A stretch of DNA of 43,362 nucleotides from Candidatus Zixiibacteriota bacterium (GCA_024278515.1 JAJRTA010000227.1:1-43362), one strand, 5' to 3'. Counted from the first letter of the stretch, positions 1 through 9,460 are shown. The notes: generated from the sequence alone by a model not told the origin. Numbers and translations: made by a program.

Positions 1-355
1 AGAGCGAAGAACAGGATGGCCGCAAGAGCCCGACCGTTCGGTCGATCTTTGGTCCGAGGTGAAACCATTTGCGTAATATAGGCAGTGTCATCAGGGTTGG
101 CCTGTAAAAAAATGCGTCAATAATCGACCGTTTATGCAAACCGGCTCAACTTGCGCAACCAGTGTTATCACAGTTGACTCTTTCAGAAACGGCAGTCCGC
201 CCTTGTCGCGCAGCAACCGGTTGTGCCGCAATGGATTGGGTTGACATGCGGACAGGGGAGTGCAATCTGTTGCACTGATCTCTGATTGAGGGGATAGGAT
301 AAACTGCGGCATAACCTTTGCTCAGAATGGGTCAGGATCAGAAAATAAAACCGGG

Positions 356-3247
356 ATGAATATGAGACAATTCACTTTTATAGTACTTTCGATCATTTGT
401 ATGGAAGCTTTTGGTGTCCAGGCCAACAGCGCCGCCTTACTTGGTCCCGGCCTGGAACAGAGAGTTTCAGCCAGCGATTCCTCGGTCATCCCGGTAGTTG
501 TCTTTATGAACTTTGACGAGCGCCGGAAGATTACGGATCTTTCCAGGCTTGAAGGTCTCAACCGCAGCGGCAGGATCAAACGAGTGCTGGGTGAGTTGCT
601 TCATGAATCCACGCAGTCTTATGAAACCGTATATCAGTTTCTCAACGCCAACTCGACTACCCCGGTCAACCGTTACCGGATCGTTCCGGCCTTTGATGCC
701 AGTTTGAAGGCCGCCCGGATATCGGAACTTACCGGGTTTCCCTCAGTGCGTTTGGTTGTCGAGAATCTTGCCCTTGACTACGTCGTGCCGGTGTCGGAGA
801 GTCCGGCTCAGGCTGTTGTATCTGCTGTCTCAAACGAACTGGCTCTTTTGAAAGTTCCTTCACTCTGGCAAAAGGGACTCAAGGGCGCCGGGACATTGAT
901 ATGTTCTTTTGACACCGGGGTTGAATGGGACCACCCGGCGCTTGCCGACAAATGGCGCGGCAACGATTATTCTCTCGAGTCGAGCTGGTTTTCGGTGATT
1001 GCTCCTCAGTCTATGCCTTATGATGCCGCCGGTCACGGCACCCATACTATGGGTTTGATGGTCGGAGCTACCGAGGTCGATACCTTTGGCGTCGCTCCTG
1101 AAGCACAGTGGATTACTGCCGGCGTGGTGGATCAGGGGCGGCCGCTCCAGACCACCCTTGCTGATATTATCAAGGCTTTTGAATGGTCACTCAACCCGGA
1201 CGGCGACACTACCACAACCGACGACGTACCGGATGTCATTCTGAACAGCTGGGGTATCCCGAAGGGACTTTTCGCGCCGTGCGATCAGACCTTCACCGAG
1301 GTTATTGATGTTGTTGAAGCGGCCGGAATCGTCACGATATTCGCCGCAGGCAATGAGGGACCGGACCCGATGACTCTTCGCAGTCCTGCCGATCAGGCCC
1401 TTACTCCGCTCAACACGCTGGCGGTGGGCGCGGTCGATCTGGATAAGTCGATTGCTTCATTCTCAAGCCGGGGCCCATCCTCCTGTGATCAGAACGAAAT
1501 CAAGCCCGAAGTGGTAGCTCCCGGTGTCAGCGTGCGATCCTCTCAAAAAGGGGGCGGGTATTCGTACATGAGCGGTACGTCTATGGCTGCTCCGTTCGTG
1601 GCCGGATTGGTTGCGCTGATGCGTCAGTACAATCCTGATGCAACCGTGACCGAAATAAAGAATGCTCTATTACAGGCAACCGAGGATCTCGGTGCGGCAG
1701 GTGAAGACAATATCTATGGTCACGGGTTGATCGATGCCTCGCGCCTGCTGGATTATCTTCCGTTGCCGACAGCCACCAGTTTCCAGCTCAGCCGCATACA
1801 GATCGATGGTGACGGTGTCGCCTGGCCCGGTGAAACTTTCGGCCTTGATGTTTTCCTGACCAACTCCTCGGCCAACGTGCCGGAGGTATCAGGACGGCTC
1901 CGTAGCGGTAATCCCGGTGTTGTCATCTCTGACAGTATGGCGGTGTTTTACTTCGGCCCTGCCGGAAGCAGCACTCAGACCCAGGCGCCGTTTGTTATTT
2001 CCTATGATTCCGGTTTTTATCATGGTCAACGAGTCGGTTTTACATTGATACTTGGTGCTCCGGATGGACGTATATTTGACACTATTGATTTTGAGTTGTC
2101 GGTTGGTGTAAATCCGAGTGGATCCATTGCCGATCAGGGGAGCAATCGCATACAGTTTTCGGTTTCAGACTTTGCCCAGTTCGGATTTGGTGTTAACTCA
2201 ATCTACAATGCCGGTGGAGCCGGGTTCAGAGTTGACGGTTCTGAAAACCTGTTGTACGAAGCCGGAATAGTGCTGGGTCGCAACGCCCTGCAGCTTTCCA
2301 GCTCGATCCGGGATGCTCAGGGAAAGTTCCATGTATCGGATTACGAGCCTACTTTGAGTCTCGGTTCACCGGTTTGGGACAATGACGGCGGCTGGCATAT
2401 TACGGCCGGTTACGCCGATACTCACTCTGAAATCCCTATCCCTATAGAATTGAATCAGGAGACGATAAGTTTTCCTGATGATCCCGGGTTCATTATTTTC
2501 AGATTCCAGATGCGCAATATCACACCCGGTTGGCTGACCGGCCTGCATTTCGGTTTCTTCACCGATTTTGACATGAGTGCTTCCGCCGATCGCGTTGTTT
2601 ACGATCCTGCTGCTGATCTGATGTATCAGTTTACCGATGGCGGTCCGGTTGTCGGCCTGGTTGGTCTCAGGAACCTGGATTCGTTTACAGCCATGGAGAA
2701 CGGTAATTCCAAGCGAGGCTTCTCACGCGCCGATAAATTTGATCTCATCTCCGGTCTTATCGCCAGCGTTGACAGCACGGTTTCCGGTGACATGATGATG
2801 TCGATCAATTCCGGATCATTTGCCATCGAGGCCTGGAGCTCCAACGAGGTAGCTTTTGCTCTGGTGATTGGACGTGACCCGGTCGAATTCTACAATAACG
2901 CAGAACGTGCCCGTCAACGGTTTGATCTGGCCACTTCAGTTGATGATAACAATACGGGACTGATGCCTTCGGATCTGAATCTGAATCAGAATTATCCCAA
3001 CCCGTTTAACCCGACCACGACGATATCGTTTAGTTTAGTCCGTGCCTCCGATGTGACCCTGACCGTTTACAACGCGCTTGGACAACAGGTAAAACAGCTG
3101 GTCAACAGTCGCTTTCCTGCCGGTTCACACGAGGTTGTCTGGGACGGCACCGATGCCCGGAACAATTTTGTGGCCAGCGGAGTTTACTTTTACAGATTGT
3201 CTGACGGGGAAACTTCGCATTCGAGAAAAATGCTGCTTTTGAAATAA
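356..3247 (+). CDS. Secreted subtilisin-like serine peptidase (MEROPS S8) with T9SS/Por-type C-terminal sorting domain
   Basis: 963-aa ORF with a signal peptide (MNMRQFTFIVLSIICMEAFGVQA). S8 catalytic motifs are present: FDTGV (Asp), HGTHTMG (His), AAGNEGP (oxyanion Asn) and SGTSMAAPFVAG (Ser). The last ~90 aa (nt 2975-3244), NQNYPNPFNPTTTISF...GVYFYRL...KMLLLK, fit the T9SS type-A / FlgD-Ig-like CTD pattern. Confidence 0.93.
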   Translation: MNMRQFTFIVLSIICMEAFGVQANSAALLGPGLEQRVSASDSSVIPVVVFMNFDERRKITDLSRLEGLNRSGRIKRVLGELLHESTQSYETVYQFLNANSTTPVNRYRIVPAFDASLKAARISELTGFPSVRLVVENLALDYVVPVSESPAQAVVSAVSNELALLKVPSLWQKGLKGAGTLICSFDTGVEWDHPALADKWRGNDYSLESSWFSVIAPQSMPYDAAGHGTHTMGLMVGATEVDTFGVAPEAQWITAGVVDQGRPLQTTLADIIKAFEWSLNPDGDTTTTDDVPDVILNSWGIPKGLFAPCDQTFTEVIDVVEAAGIVTIFAAGNEGPDPMTLRSPADQALTPLNTLAVGAVDLDKSIASFSSRGPSSCDQNEIKPEVVAPGVSVRSSQKGGGYSYMSGTSMAAPFVAGLVALMRQYNPDATVTEIKNALLQATEDLGAAGEDNIYGHGLIDASRLLDYLPLPTATSFQLSRIQIDGDGVAWPGETFGLDVFLTNSSANVPEVSGRLRSGNPGVVISDSMAVFYFGPAGSSTQTQAPFVISYDSGFYHGQRVGFTLILGAPDGRIFDTIDFELSVGVNPSGSIADQGSNRIQFSVSDFAQFGFGVNSIYNAGGAGFRVDGSENLLYEAGIVLGRNALQLSSSIRDAQGKFHVSDYEPTLSLGSPVWDNDGGWHITAGYADTHSEIPIPIELNQETISFPDDPGFIIFRFQMRNITPGWLTGLHFGFFTDFDMSASADRVVYDPAADLMYQFTDGGPVVGLVGLRNLDSFTAMENGNSKRGFSRADKFDLISGLIASVDSTVSGDMMMSINSGSFAIEAWSSNEVAFALVIGRDPVEFYNNAERARQRFDLATSVDDNNTGLMPSDLNLNQNYPNPFNPTTTISFSLVRASDVTLTVYNALGQQVKQLVNSRFPAGSHEVVWDGTDARNNFVASGVYFYRLSDGETSHSRKMLLLK

Positions 3248-3316
3248 TTGACGCGACATTATAATAATAATAGAACAAACGTTTTAGTTATGGAACTGTT
3301 TAATAAGAAAAGAAAG

Positions 3317-6082
3317 ATGCAAAGGTTTTTTCGGATGAAACATCACTCTATTATTCCCCTGATTTGCCTGTTCGCCCTGACCATTATAATCGGCGCTTCC
3401 GCGTTCGCAGTGGCTCCTCACCCGGACCTGATTGAAAAGTGGAAATCCGAAGGCGTGCTCGATGAAAAGCTGGCTGATCTTCGCAGGTTTCGGGAAGCCG
3501 GCGGCTGCAGCCCGGAGGAGCATACGCCGCTTAATAAAGATCATCTCGGGCCGCTCGCCCTCGGTGCGGACATGGTCGATACTGCCTATGTAATTGTGAT
3601 CCTGGTTGATTTCAGCGATAACCCGATGTCAGCAGGGGTAGTTACAACTCCTGCCATGTTCGATTCGGTGCTGTTCAGCGACAACTACTACAATCCGACC
3701 GGATCCATGACCGACTACTACAAGGAAAACTCATACGGAACTTTCGTGGTCAAGGGGGATATCTACGGTCCCTACCGTATGCCTTATTCCTACGCCTGGT
3801 ATGTGAGTAACGACAACGGCATGAGTCGCGGTCGATATCTGGCCGAACACGCTCTGGATTCGGCCGCTCTTTATGTTCCCACCTGGTGGAAGTACGACAG
3901 CAACCTGGATTCCTACTGTGATGGACTGGTTATCATCCATGCCGGTGTCGGCGCTGAGCAGAACGGTTCTTACGGTATCTGGTCGCATAAAGGAAATATC
4001 AGCACCAGAGTACTAGATGGCGTTTCAATTTCCGCTTATACGATGAACCCTGAAGAGTTTTATGGGGAAATATCTCCTATCGGAGTATTTACGCATGAAT
4101 ACGGTCATTTTTTGGGGTTACCGGATCTATACGATGTTTCCGATGGCTCGACAGGTAACGGTCTGGGCAACTGGTCACTGATGGCTACCGGATCCTACAA
4201 CAACAATTCGCGCCAACCGTCGCACCTGACGGCATGGTCCAAGGCCGAACTGGACTTTCTCAGTCTGACCGAGGTTACCGAGAACATGATCGATGTCGAC
4301 ATCCCCAGTGTCGAAGACAACCCGGTGGCCTTTATGTTGCAGAACGATCAGTCAACATATTACGAATACTGGATTGTCGAAAACCGGCAGCCGGTTGGTT
4401 TTGATGTTGGCCTGCCCAATTTTGGCCTATGTATCTATCATGTGGATCGTCACGCTCCCGGACCGAGTAACCAGAATCCTGACTGGTACCGAGTCGCCCT
4501 CGAACAGGCCGACGGAGACAATGACCTGGCCTACAACGGCAGCCGGGGAGACGGCGGTGATTGCTGGCCGGGCACTTCCGACGCGCGGGAGTTCCATGAT
4601 CGCACCGTGCCCAATACTCACACCAACGCGCAGGGTCCTTTTGCCAATGATATTTCAACCCGGATCGGGGTGTGGAATATATCCGATCCCGGGCCGATCA
4701 TGACGGCTGATTTCGATATCGACTGGTCACGACCCTGGCCGGAATTCTCGGGAAGTGACTCGGTGGTTTTTGACGATTCCCAGCCGGGCGGTGACGGCGA
4801 CGGCATTCTTGAGCCGGGGGAGACGATCGGATTCTACTGCACGATCAAAAACAGTATGCGCCTGTCCTACAATGCCCGGGTAAGACTGGAAAGTTCCAAT
4901 CCGGCCGTGATCTTTAATACCGATGAGGTCCTGCTGGCCCCGCAGTTTGACGCCTCCGAATATATCAACCTGACACCGATTACTTTCACCCTTGCCCCGA
5001 GCTTCATTCCTGCTATCGACTCTTTCTATCTGACCGTGGAATGTGATTCCACTGCTCTGGATTCTTATACCGGATGGACTCCGCAAACATTCGGTCTGGA
5101 AGTAATACTGGGTGCGCCTCAGGTATTGATTGTTGATGATGACCGCGGGAATGACTACGAAAATGTGTACATCAAGGCAATGTACGATATGAAAATCCCG
5201 TACGAAGTGTGGACAAAGGCGAACAAATCCTCCCCGACCGGAGAAGATCTGAAAAAGTACCCGAAGGTATTCTGGTTCACCGGAGACTCCGCTTCCAATG
5301 TGTTTACGGCAGACGATGTCGCCGCCATGAAAGAGTACCTTGACGCCGGTGGTAATCTGATGGTTTCCTCTATCTCAGGCGCAAAGACGCTCAACGACCT
5401 CGACCCCGGCTTTCTGAATGACTATTTCGCCGCCAACTGGCAGGGGAGCAAACGTGACTTCCGTTTCAACGGAGTGAGCGGCAGTCAGGTAGGTGATGGT
5501 ACTAAATACCGTTTCCTTGCTACAGTTGATCCGTGGAATTCGGCGGATTACTTCTCGGTGCTGTCCGGAGGTCAGGCTTCATTTACTATCGGGACCGGAT
5601 CGTTTATCTGTGGTGTGTCGAAGGCATCTACGTACAATTCGATTTTGCTCACTTTTCCTATTGAACAACTTGGCGATGATTTCTCCGCCCAGGGATACAA
5701 CACCAGGGCGGATCTGTTTGCGCGTATTATCGACTTCTTCGGTGGTATCCCGCTGGTAGTTGATGACGGCACGCCGCACGCCGCACTGCCACAGAACTTC
5801 GACCTCGATCAGAATTACCCCAACCCGTTCAATCCATCAACGACTATTTCGTACACGTTGCGACGGACTTCGGGTGAACTTCCACGGACCACTTTGTCGG
5901 TGTACAATATGCTGGGGCGGCGCGTGGTAACGCTGGTCGATGAAATCCAGCTTCCCGGCAGCTATCAAGTCGAATGGGACGGCACAACCTCCACGGGCAA
6001 GCCGGTTGCCTCGGGAGTCTACTTCTATAAGTTGTCACGTGGTGGAGATAGTCAGGCCAAAAAGATGATCCTGCTTAAATAA
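3317..6082 (+). CDS. Secreted M6-family (immune inhibitor A-like) zinc metallopeptidase with T9SS/Por-type C-terminal sorting domain
   Basis: Zinc motif THEYGHFLGLPDLYD (HExxH followed by the M6-typical LPDxYD). Signal/TM segment HHSIIPLICLFALTIIIGASAFA. The C-terminal 94 aa (nt 5798-6079), QNYPNPFNPSTTISY...GVYFYKL...KMILLK, fit the T9SS CTD pattern. The ORF-track start at 3248 is a TTG directly abutting the upstream stop. The ATG at 3317 (or 3335), just before the signal peptide, is more plausible. Confidence 0.88.
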   Translation: MQRFFRMKHHSIIPLICLFALTIIIGASAFAVAPHPDLIEKWKSEGVLDEKLADLRRFREAGGCSPEEHTPLNKDHLGPLALGADMVDTAYVIVILVDFSDNPMSAGVVTTPAMFDSVLFSDNYYNPTGSMTDYYKENSYGTFVVKGDIYGPYRMPYSYAWYVSNDNGMSRGRYLAEHALDSAALYVPTWWKYDSNLDSYCDGLVIIHAGVGAEQNGSYGIWSHKGNISTRVLDGVSISAYTMNPEEFYGEISPIGVFTHEYGHFLGLPDLYDVSDGSTGNGLGNWSLMATGSYNNNSRQPSHLTAWSKAELDFLSLTEVTENMIDVDIPSVEDNPVAFMLQNDQSTYYEYWIVENRQPVGFDVGLPNFGLCIYHVDRHAPGPSNQNPDWYRVALEQADGDNDLAYNGSRGDGGDCWPGTSDAREFHDRTVPNTHTNAQGPFANDISTRIGVWNISDPGPIMTADFDIDWSRPWPEFSGSDSVVFDDSQPGGDGDGILEPGETIGFYCTIKNSMRLSYNARVRLESSNPAVIFNTDEVLLAPQFDASEYINLTPITFTLAPSFIPAIDSFYLTVECDSTALDSYTGWTPQTFGLEVILGAPQVLIVDDDRGNDYENVYIKAMYDMKIPYEVWTKANKSSPTGEDLKKYPKVFWFTGDSASNVFTADDVAAMKEYLDAGGNLMVSSISGAKTLNDLDPGFLNDYFAANWQGSKRDFRFNGVSGSQVGDGTKYRFLATVDPWNSADYFSVLSGGQASFTIGTGSFICGVSKASTYNSILLTFPIEQLGDDFSAQGYNTRADLFARIIDFFGGIPLVVDDGTPHAALPQNFDLDQNYPNPFNPSTTISYTLRRTSGELPRTTLSVYNMLGRRVVTLVDEIQLPGSYQVEWDGTTSTGKPVASGVYFYKLSRGGDSQAKKMILLK

Positions 6083-6111
6083 TCTGCATTTGCAGCTTTC
6101 TTTTCTTCTAT

Positions 6112-6138
6112 TAGCCGCCTCAGGGCGGCTATTTTATT
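6112..6138 (+). terminator. Rho-independent terminator after the protease pair
   Basis: Perfect hairpin TAGCCGCC-tcag-GGCGGCTA followed by TTTTATT, 30 nt after the stop of the M6 peptidase gene. Confidence 0.75.
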
Positions 6139-6191
6139 GTGTGCTATTGCCTTGCCGGCGCGGGAATAATTGAGCTTGTTACGAAAATCAC

Positions 6192-6242
6192 TTGACATTT
6201 TCGATAAAATGCCGTTATTGCAAATGAATGTCGTTTTCATTT
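6192..6242 (+). promoter_or_regulatory. Candidate sigma-70 promoter with overlapping Fur-box-like palindrome upstream of fur-feoAB
   Basis: TTGACA (6192-6197), a 17-nt spacer, then TTATTG (6215-6220, a weak -10). Immediately downstream is the inverted repeat AAATGAA-N7-TTCATTT (6222-6242). An AT-rich GATAAAAT lies at 6203-6210. The region sits 30-80 nt upstream of the fur ATG. Confidence 0.4.
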
Positions 6243-6272
6243 GGGCAAAATGAAATCGACCGGGAAACGAAT

Positions 6273-6767
6273 ATGAAAGAGTTGCTGAGAACAAAAGGAT
6301 ACAAGGCCACTCCCCAGAGGGAGTTGATCTTTGAGTGTTTCCTTGCGGCCGGACGACACATTACGGTCGATGAGCTGTACCAGAAGGTTCGCTTGAAAGA
6401 TTCATCGGTTGGACACAGCACGGTTTGGCGCAATCTCAAGCTGATCTGTAAACTGGGGTTGGCTGAAGAAGTAAATCTCGGCGATGGATTAACTCGTTAT
6501 GATCGTATCACGCCTGAGCCGCATGGTCATTTGTATTGCCTTGAGTGTAAAAAACTGGTGGAGTTTGATATGGCTAAACTGCTTCCGGCGCTTAACGAAA
6601 CAGCTCAGGGTTCACGGTTTCAACCGGTCGGTTTCAAGATTGAAATCCAGGGATACTGCGACAGTTGTGGTGAAAGACTCGGTGTAACCGGTGAAAATAG
6701 TTACAACGGTTCAGGTACGAAAAATGTTGGGAAGAAAGAACGAGGTAAAAACGATGACCTTTCTTGA
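6273..6767 (+). CDS. fur: Fur-family transcriptional regulator (ferric uptake regulator-like)
   Basis: MKELLRTKGYKATPQRELIFE... winged-helix N-terminus, HGHLYC metal site, and the CLEC...CDSC structural-Zn Cys pairs. It lies directly upstream of feoAB. ATG at 6273 is preferred over the ORF-track start at 6228. It carries a ~25-aa Gly/Lys-rich C-terminal tail that overlaps the feoA start. Confidence 0.85.
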   Translation: MKELLRTKGYKATPQRELIFECFLAAGRHITVDELYQKVRLKDSSVGHSTVWRNLKLICKLGLAEEVNLGDGLTRYDRITPEPHGHLYCLECKKLVEFDMAKLLPALNETAQGSRFQPVGFKIEIQGYCDSCGERLGVTGENSYNGSGTKNVGKKERGKNDDLS

Positions 6768-6984
6768 TCGTATGCGTCCGGGCCAGAAGGGGAGGATCAT
6801 CGGGTTTTCCGACGATGGTCCGGTGTCGAGACGGCTGGTTGAGCTTGGCGTTATTCCGGGACAGTCGTTGGAGTATGTTCGTAACGCGCCTTTGCGTGAT
6901 CCCCTGGAGATAAAAATCGGCGCCAGCTTCCTGTCGTTGCGCCGGGCCGAAGCCGCGCTGGTAGCGGTCGAAATAGAAAAGTGA
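6754..6984 (+). CDS. feoA: Ferrous iron transport protein A (FeoA)
   Basis: 76-aa SH3-like FeoA pattern (GQKGRIIGF...RRLVELGVIPGQSLEYVRNAPLRDPLEIKIG). GAGG RBS 8 nt upstream of the ATG at 6754. The ORF-track start at 6691 would lie deep inside fur. Confidence 0.88.
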   Translation: MTFLDRMRPGQKGRIIGFSDDGPVSRRLVELGVIPGQSLEYVRNAPLRDPLEIKIGASFLSLRRAEAALVAVEIEK

Positions 6985-7000
6985 TAACGATCATAGTCCG

Positions 7001-9238
7001 ATGAGGATATCCGCGGAAAGCAAATCTACTTCACGCGCCGGTCTTCTGGCCATTTGCGGAAATCCCAACAGCGGCAAGACTACCATTTTCAATGCTATTA
7101 CCGGACTGTCTCAGAAGGTCGGGAATTATCCGGGCGTGACGGTTGAAAAGGTCTCGGGCCGGTTCGCAGCCGGCAAGGATGACCGTCGCATTTTCGAGAT
7201 GGTCGATGTTCCTGGTACCTATTCGCTGGCCGCGTTTTCTCCGGATGAATATATTGCGGCTTCCACTCTTTATGATGGGGGCGATGGTGCGGATCGGCCT
7301 GATGTGTTGATATGCGTTATCGATGCAACCAATCTGCGACGTGGCTTGTATCTGTTGTTGCAGGTGTTGCAGATCGGTATCCCCGTGGTGGTGGCGCTTA
7401 ACATGGTCGATCTGGCCGAACGGCACGGTATAGAGATCGACACGGAGAAACTTTCGAGAACACTGGGAAACATTCCGGTTGTGCCGGTGGTGGGCAACCG
7501 CGGGACAGGTATCGAGCAACTCAAGCGTGAGGCTGTGGAACTGGCCACCCATCCGTTCCCCCCCGCCTGGGACCGGTTCGATGACACGGTCGAGCAGGTC
7601 ATCGCTGAACTGACACAGAGTCTGAACGATCGTCACCGTTCACGTGCTGAGATTATACGAGTGATCTTTGATCAGGGAGGACCGGCTCAGAATAGGTTCC
7701 TTGCTGAGGCTGAAGCTCAGGGCCGAATGAAAAACCTGGAGCAAAAGCTCATTGCCGGTCGAAAGGCGATTGCTCAGAAATTCGGTTCCCTGTCAACGGC
7801 GGAAACCGGTTTGCTCACTGCGCGAGCGGCGGAAATAACTGATATAGTCACCCGGAAGGAAACAAGTGAGCAAAGGACATGGTCGGAACGAATGGATCGC
7901 TTTCTGTTGCATCCGATTCTCGGCCCGATAATTCTTGTTTCCATGATGACAGTCGTGTTCCAGTCTATTTTCAGTTGGTCGAAACCGTTTATGGACTTTA
8001 TCGATTCCGGTTTCAGCGCTCTGGCTGCGTTTTGTGTAACCGTCATCCCGCCCGGACCGTTGCAGTCACTACTGGCTGACGGCGTGGTCGGTGGTGTCGG
8101 CTCTGTGTTGGTGTTTCTGCCTCAGATTATCATTTTGTTTCTGTTCATCGCTCTTCTGGAAGATTCCGGCTACATGTCACGGGCCGCGTTCATTGTTGAT
8201 CGAATGTTCCGCTGGTGTGGTCTTTCGGGAAAGAGTTTTATCCCGATGCTTTCCTCGTTTGCCTGTGCTGTGCCTGGTATCATGGCTACCCGGGTCATTG
8301 AAGACCGTAAGCTGAGATTGATCACGATCATGATCGCTCCGTTGATGACCTGTTCGGCGCGCCTGCCGGTGTATGCTATTATGATTGCCGCTTTCGTCCC
8401 CTATCGGACTATTCTGGGACCGCTCAATCTGCAGGGGCTGGTGCTGACCGGGTTGTACCTGCTGGGTATTGTAATGGCGGTGATCGTTTCGTTTCTGTTG
8501 CAGAAAACAATTCTTAAAACCGAACGGGGGACTTTTATGATGGAGATGCCCTCGTACAAGGTCCCGACCTTACGTTCGGTGTTTATCAGGGTTTTTCACC
8601 GGGCGCGTTCTTTTATAGTCCGGGCGGGCACGGTGATTTTTGCCATCACTATCATTGTCTGGGCGCTTGGTTATTACCCGCACTCAACGGAACTGGATAA
8701 AACGTATGCTCAGCAGATGGATGCTGTCGAGCGGCAGTTTGCCCGGGATGAATCCGCCCGCGAAACGGCTGTTACTCGCTTGGAAAACGAACTGACCGGC
8801 GCTCATATCCGCAACTCTTACCTGGCCCGGATCGGCCGGGAAGTAGAGCCGCTGTTCACGCCTCTTGGCTGGGACTGGCGCATCTCGATGGCGGTGCTGG
8901 CATCTTTCCCGGCGCGAGAGGTAATTATCGCTACCCTGGGCACTATTTACAACATGGGTTCCGATGTCGGTGACGAATCGACTTCCCTGATAGATAAAAT
9001 GCGTAAAGCAACCTGGGAGTCGGGACCGAAAGCAGGGCAACCGGTTTTTACGCTTGCTGTGGCGATGTCGATAGTCGTATTCTTTGCGCTCTGCAGTCAA
9101 TGCGGGGCGACACTGGTTACTATCAGGCACGAAGCGGGACGCTGGCGTTATTCGGTCGGAGTATTTGCTTACATGACGGTTTTGGCTTACATCTCGGCGT
9201 TTATCGTTTATCAACTGTTTAATTCGGCGGGATACTGA
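7001..9238 (+). CDS. feoB: Ferrous iron transporter FeoB (G-protein domain plus permease)
   Basis: 745 aa with an N-terminal GTPase (G1 GNPNSGKT, DVPGTYS, NMVDL), followed by a polytopic gate/permease domain typical of FeoB. Confidence 0.95.
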   Translation: MRISAESKSTSRAGLLAICGNPNSGKTTIFNAITGLSQKVGNYPGVTVEKVSGRFAAGKDDRRIFEMVDVPGTYSLAAFSPDEYIAASTLYDGGDGADRPDVLICVIDATNLRRGLYLLLQVLQIGIPVVVALNMVDLAERHGIEIDTEKLSRTLGNIPVVPVVGNRGTGIEQLKREAVELATHPFPPAWDRFDDTVEQVIAELTQSLNDRHRSRAEIIRVIFDQGGPAQNRFLAEAEAQGRMKNLEQKLIAGRKAIAQKFGSLSTAETGLLTARAAEITDIVTRKETSEQRTWSERMDRFLLHPILGPIILVSMMTVVFQSIFSWSKPFMDFIDSGFSALAAFCVTVIPPGPLQSLLADGVVGGVGSVLVFLPQIIILFLFIALLEDSGYMSRAAFIVDRMFRWCGLSGKSFIPMLSSFACAVPGIMATRVIEDRKLRLITIMIAPLMTCSARLPVYAIMIAAFVPYRTILGPLNLQGLVLTGLYLLGIVMAVIVSFLLQKTILKTERGTFMMEMPSYKVPTLRSVFIRVFHRARSFIVRAGTVIFAITIIVWALGYYPHSTELDKTYAQQMDAVERQFARDESARETAVTRLENELTGAHIRNSYLARIGREVEPLFTPLGWDWRISMAVLASFPAREVIIATLGTIYNMGSDVGDESTSLIDKMRKATWESGPKAGQPVFTLAVAMSIVVFFALCSQCGATLVTIRHEAGRWRYSVGVFAYMTVLAYISAFIVYQLFNSAGY

Positions 9239-9402
9239 TGGATATCATCTGGCAACAAATCCTGATCGGTCTGGCTGTGACGGGTGCGGTCGTTTACCTT
9301 GTGAAACGTGCCCTGCGACCGCCGGAGAAGCCGTCGGCCTGCTCCAAATGTCACTGCAATAAGAAGAGCCTGCTCGATAGCGGTGATATCAGGCGTTCTT
9401 AA
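9238..9402 (+). CDS. FeoB-associated Cys-rich small membrane protein (54 aa)
   Basis: Not in the ORF track, which has a 60-aa cut-off. The ATG overlaps the feoB TGA (ATGA-type overlap). Sequence is MDIIWQQILIGLAVTGAVVYLVKRALRPPEKPSACSKCHCNKKSLLDSGDIRRS: one TM helix followed by CxxCxC. This matches the pattern of the FeoB-associated Cys-rich membrane protein family. Confidence 0.7.
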   Translation: MDIIWQQILIGLAVTGAVVYLVKRALRPPEKPSACSKCHCNKKSLLDSGDIRRS

Positions 9403-9407
9403 GCGGA

Positions 9408-9436
9408 TTGACTCATTTCATCGGGGCTGGTATATT
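9408..9436 (+). promoter_or_regulatory. Candidate sigma-70 promoter for the ecfT...purQ operon
   Basis: TTGACT (9408-9413), exactly 17 nt of spacer, then TATATT (9431-9436), 25 nt upstream of the ecfT ATG. Confidence 0.5.
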
Positions 9437-9460
9437 CAACCGTAAGAGAGAGTTGTATAG

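Noticed and set aside
1-81. Possible gene fragment at the left edge. It could be a minus-strand start (ATG at 68, MVSPRTKDRPNGRALAAILFFAL...) or a plus-strand 3' end terminating at TAG 79-81.
   Set aside because: It is too short to discriminate between the two readings or to assign any function.
91-312. 73-aa minus-strand ORF upstream of the S8 protease gene.
   Set aside because: No recognisable motif, RBS or signal. It lies in what should be the promoter region of the protease gene. It cannot be supported from sequence alone and is left unannotated.
3248-3316. ORF-track N-terminal extension of the M6 peptidase, starting at a TTG directly after the S8 stop codon.
   Set aside because: The extension (MTRHYNNNRTNVLVMELFNKKRK) is encoded by AT-rich, intergenic-looking sequence and precedes the obvious signal peptide. 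ATG at 3317 or 3335 is more plausible. Similar over-extended starts were trimmed for fur, feoA, dusB, the TPR gene, the lipoprotein, the S1 protease, DUF1028 and ybeY.
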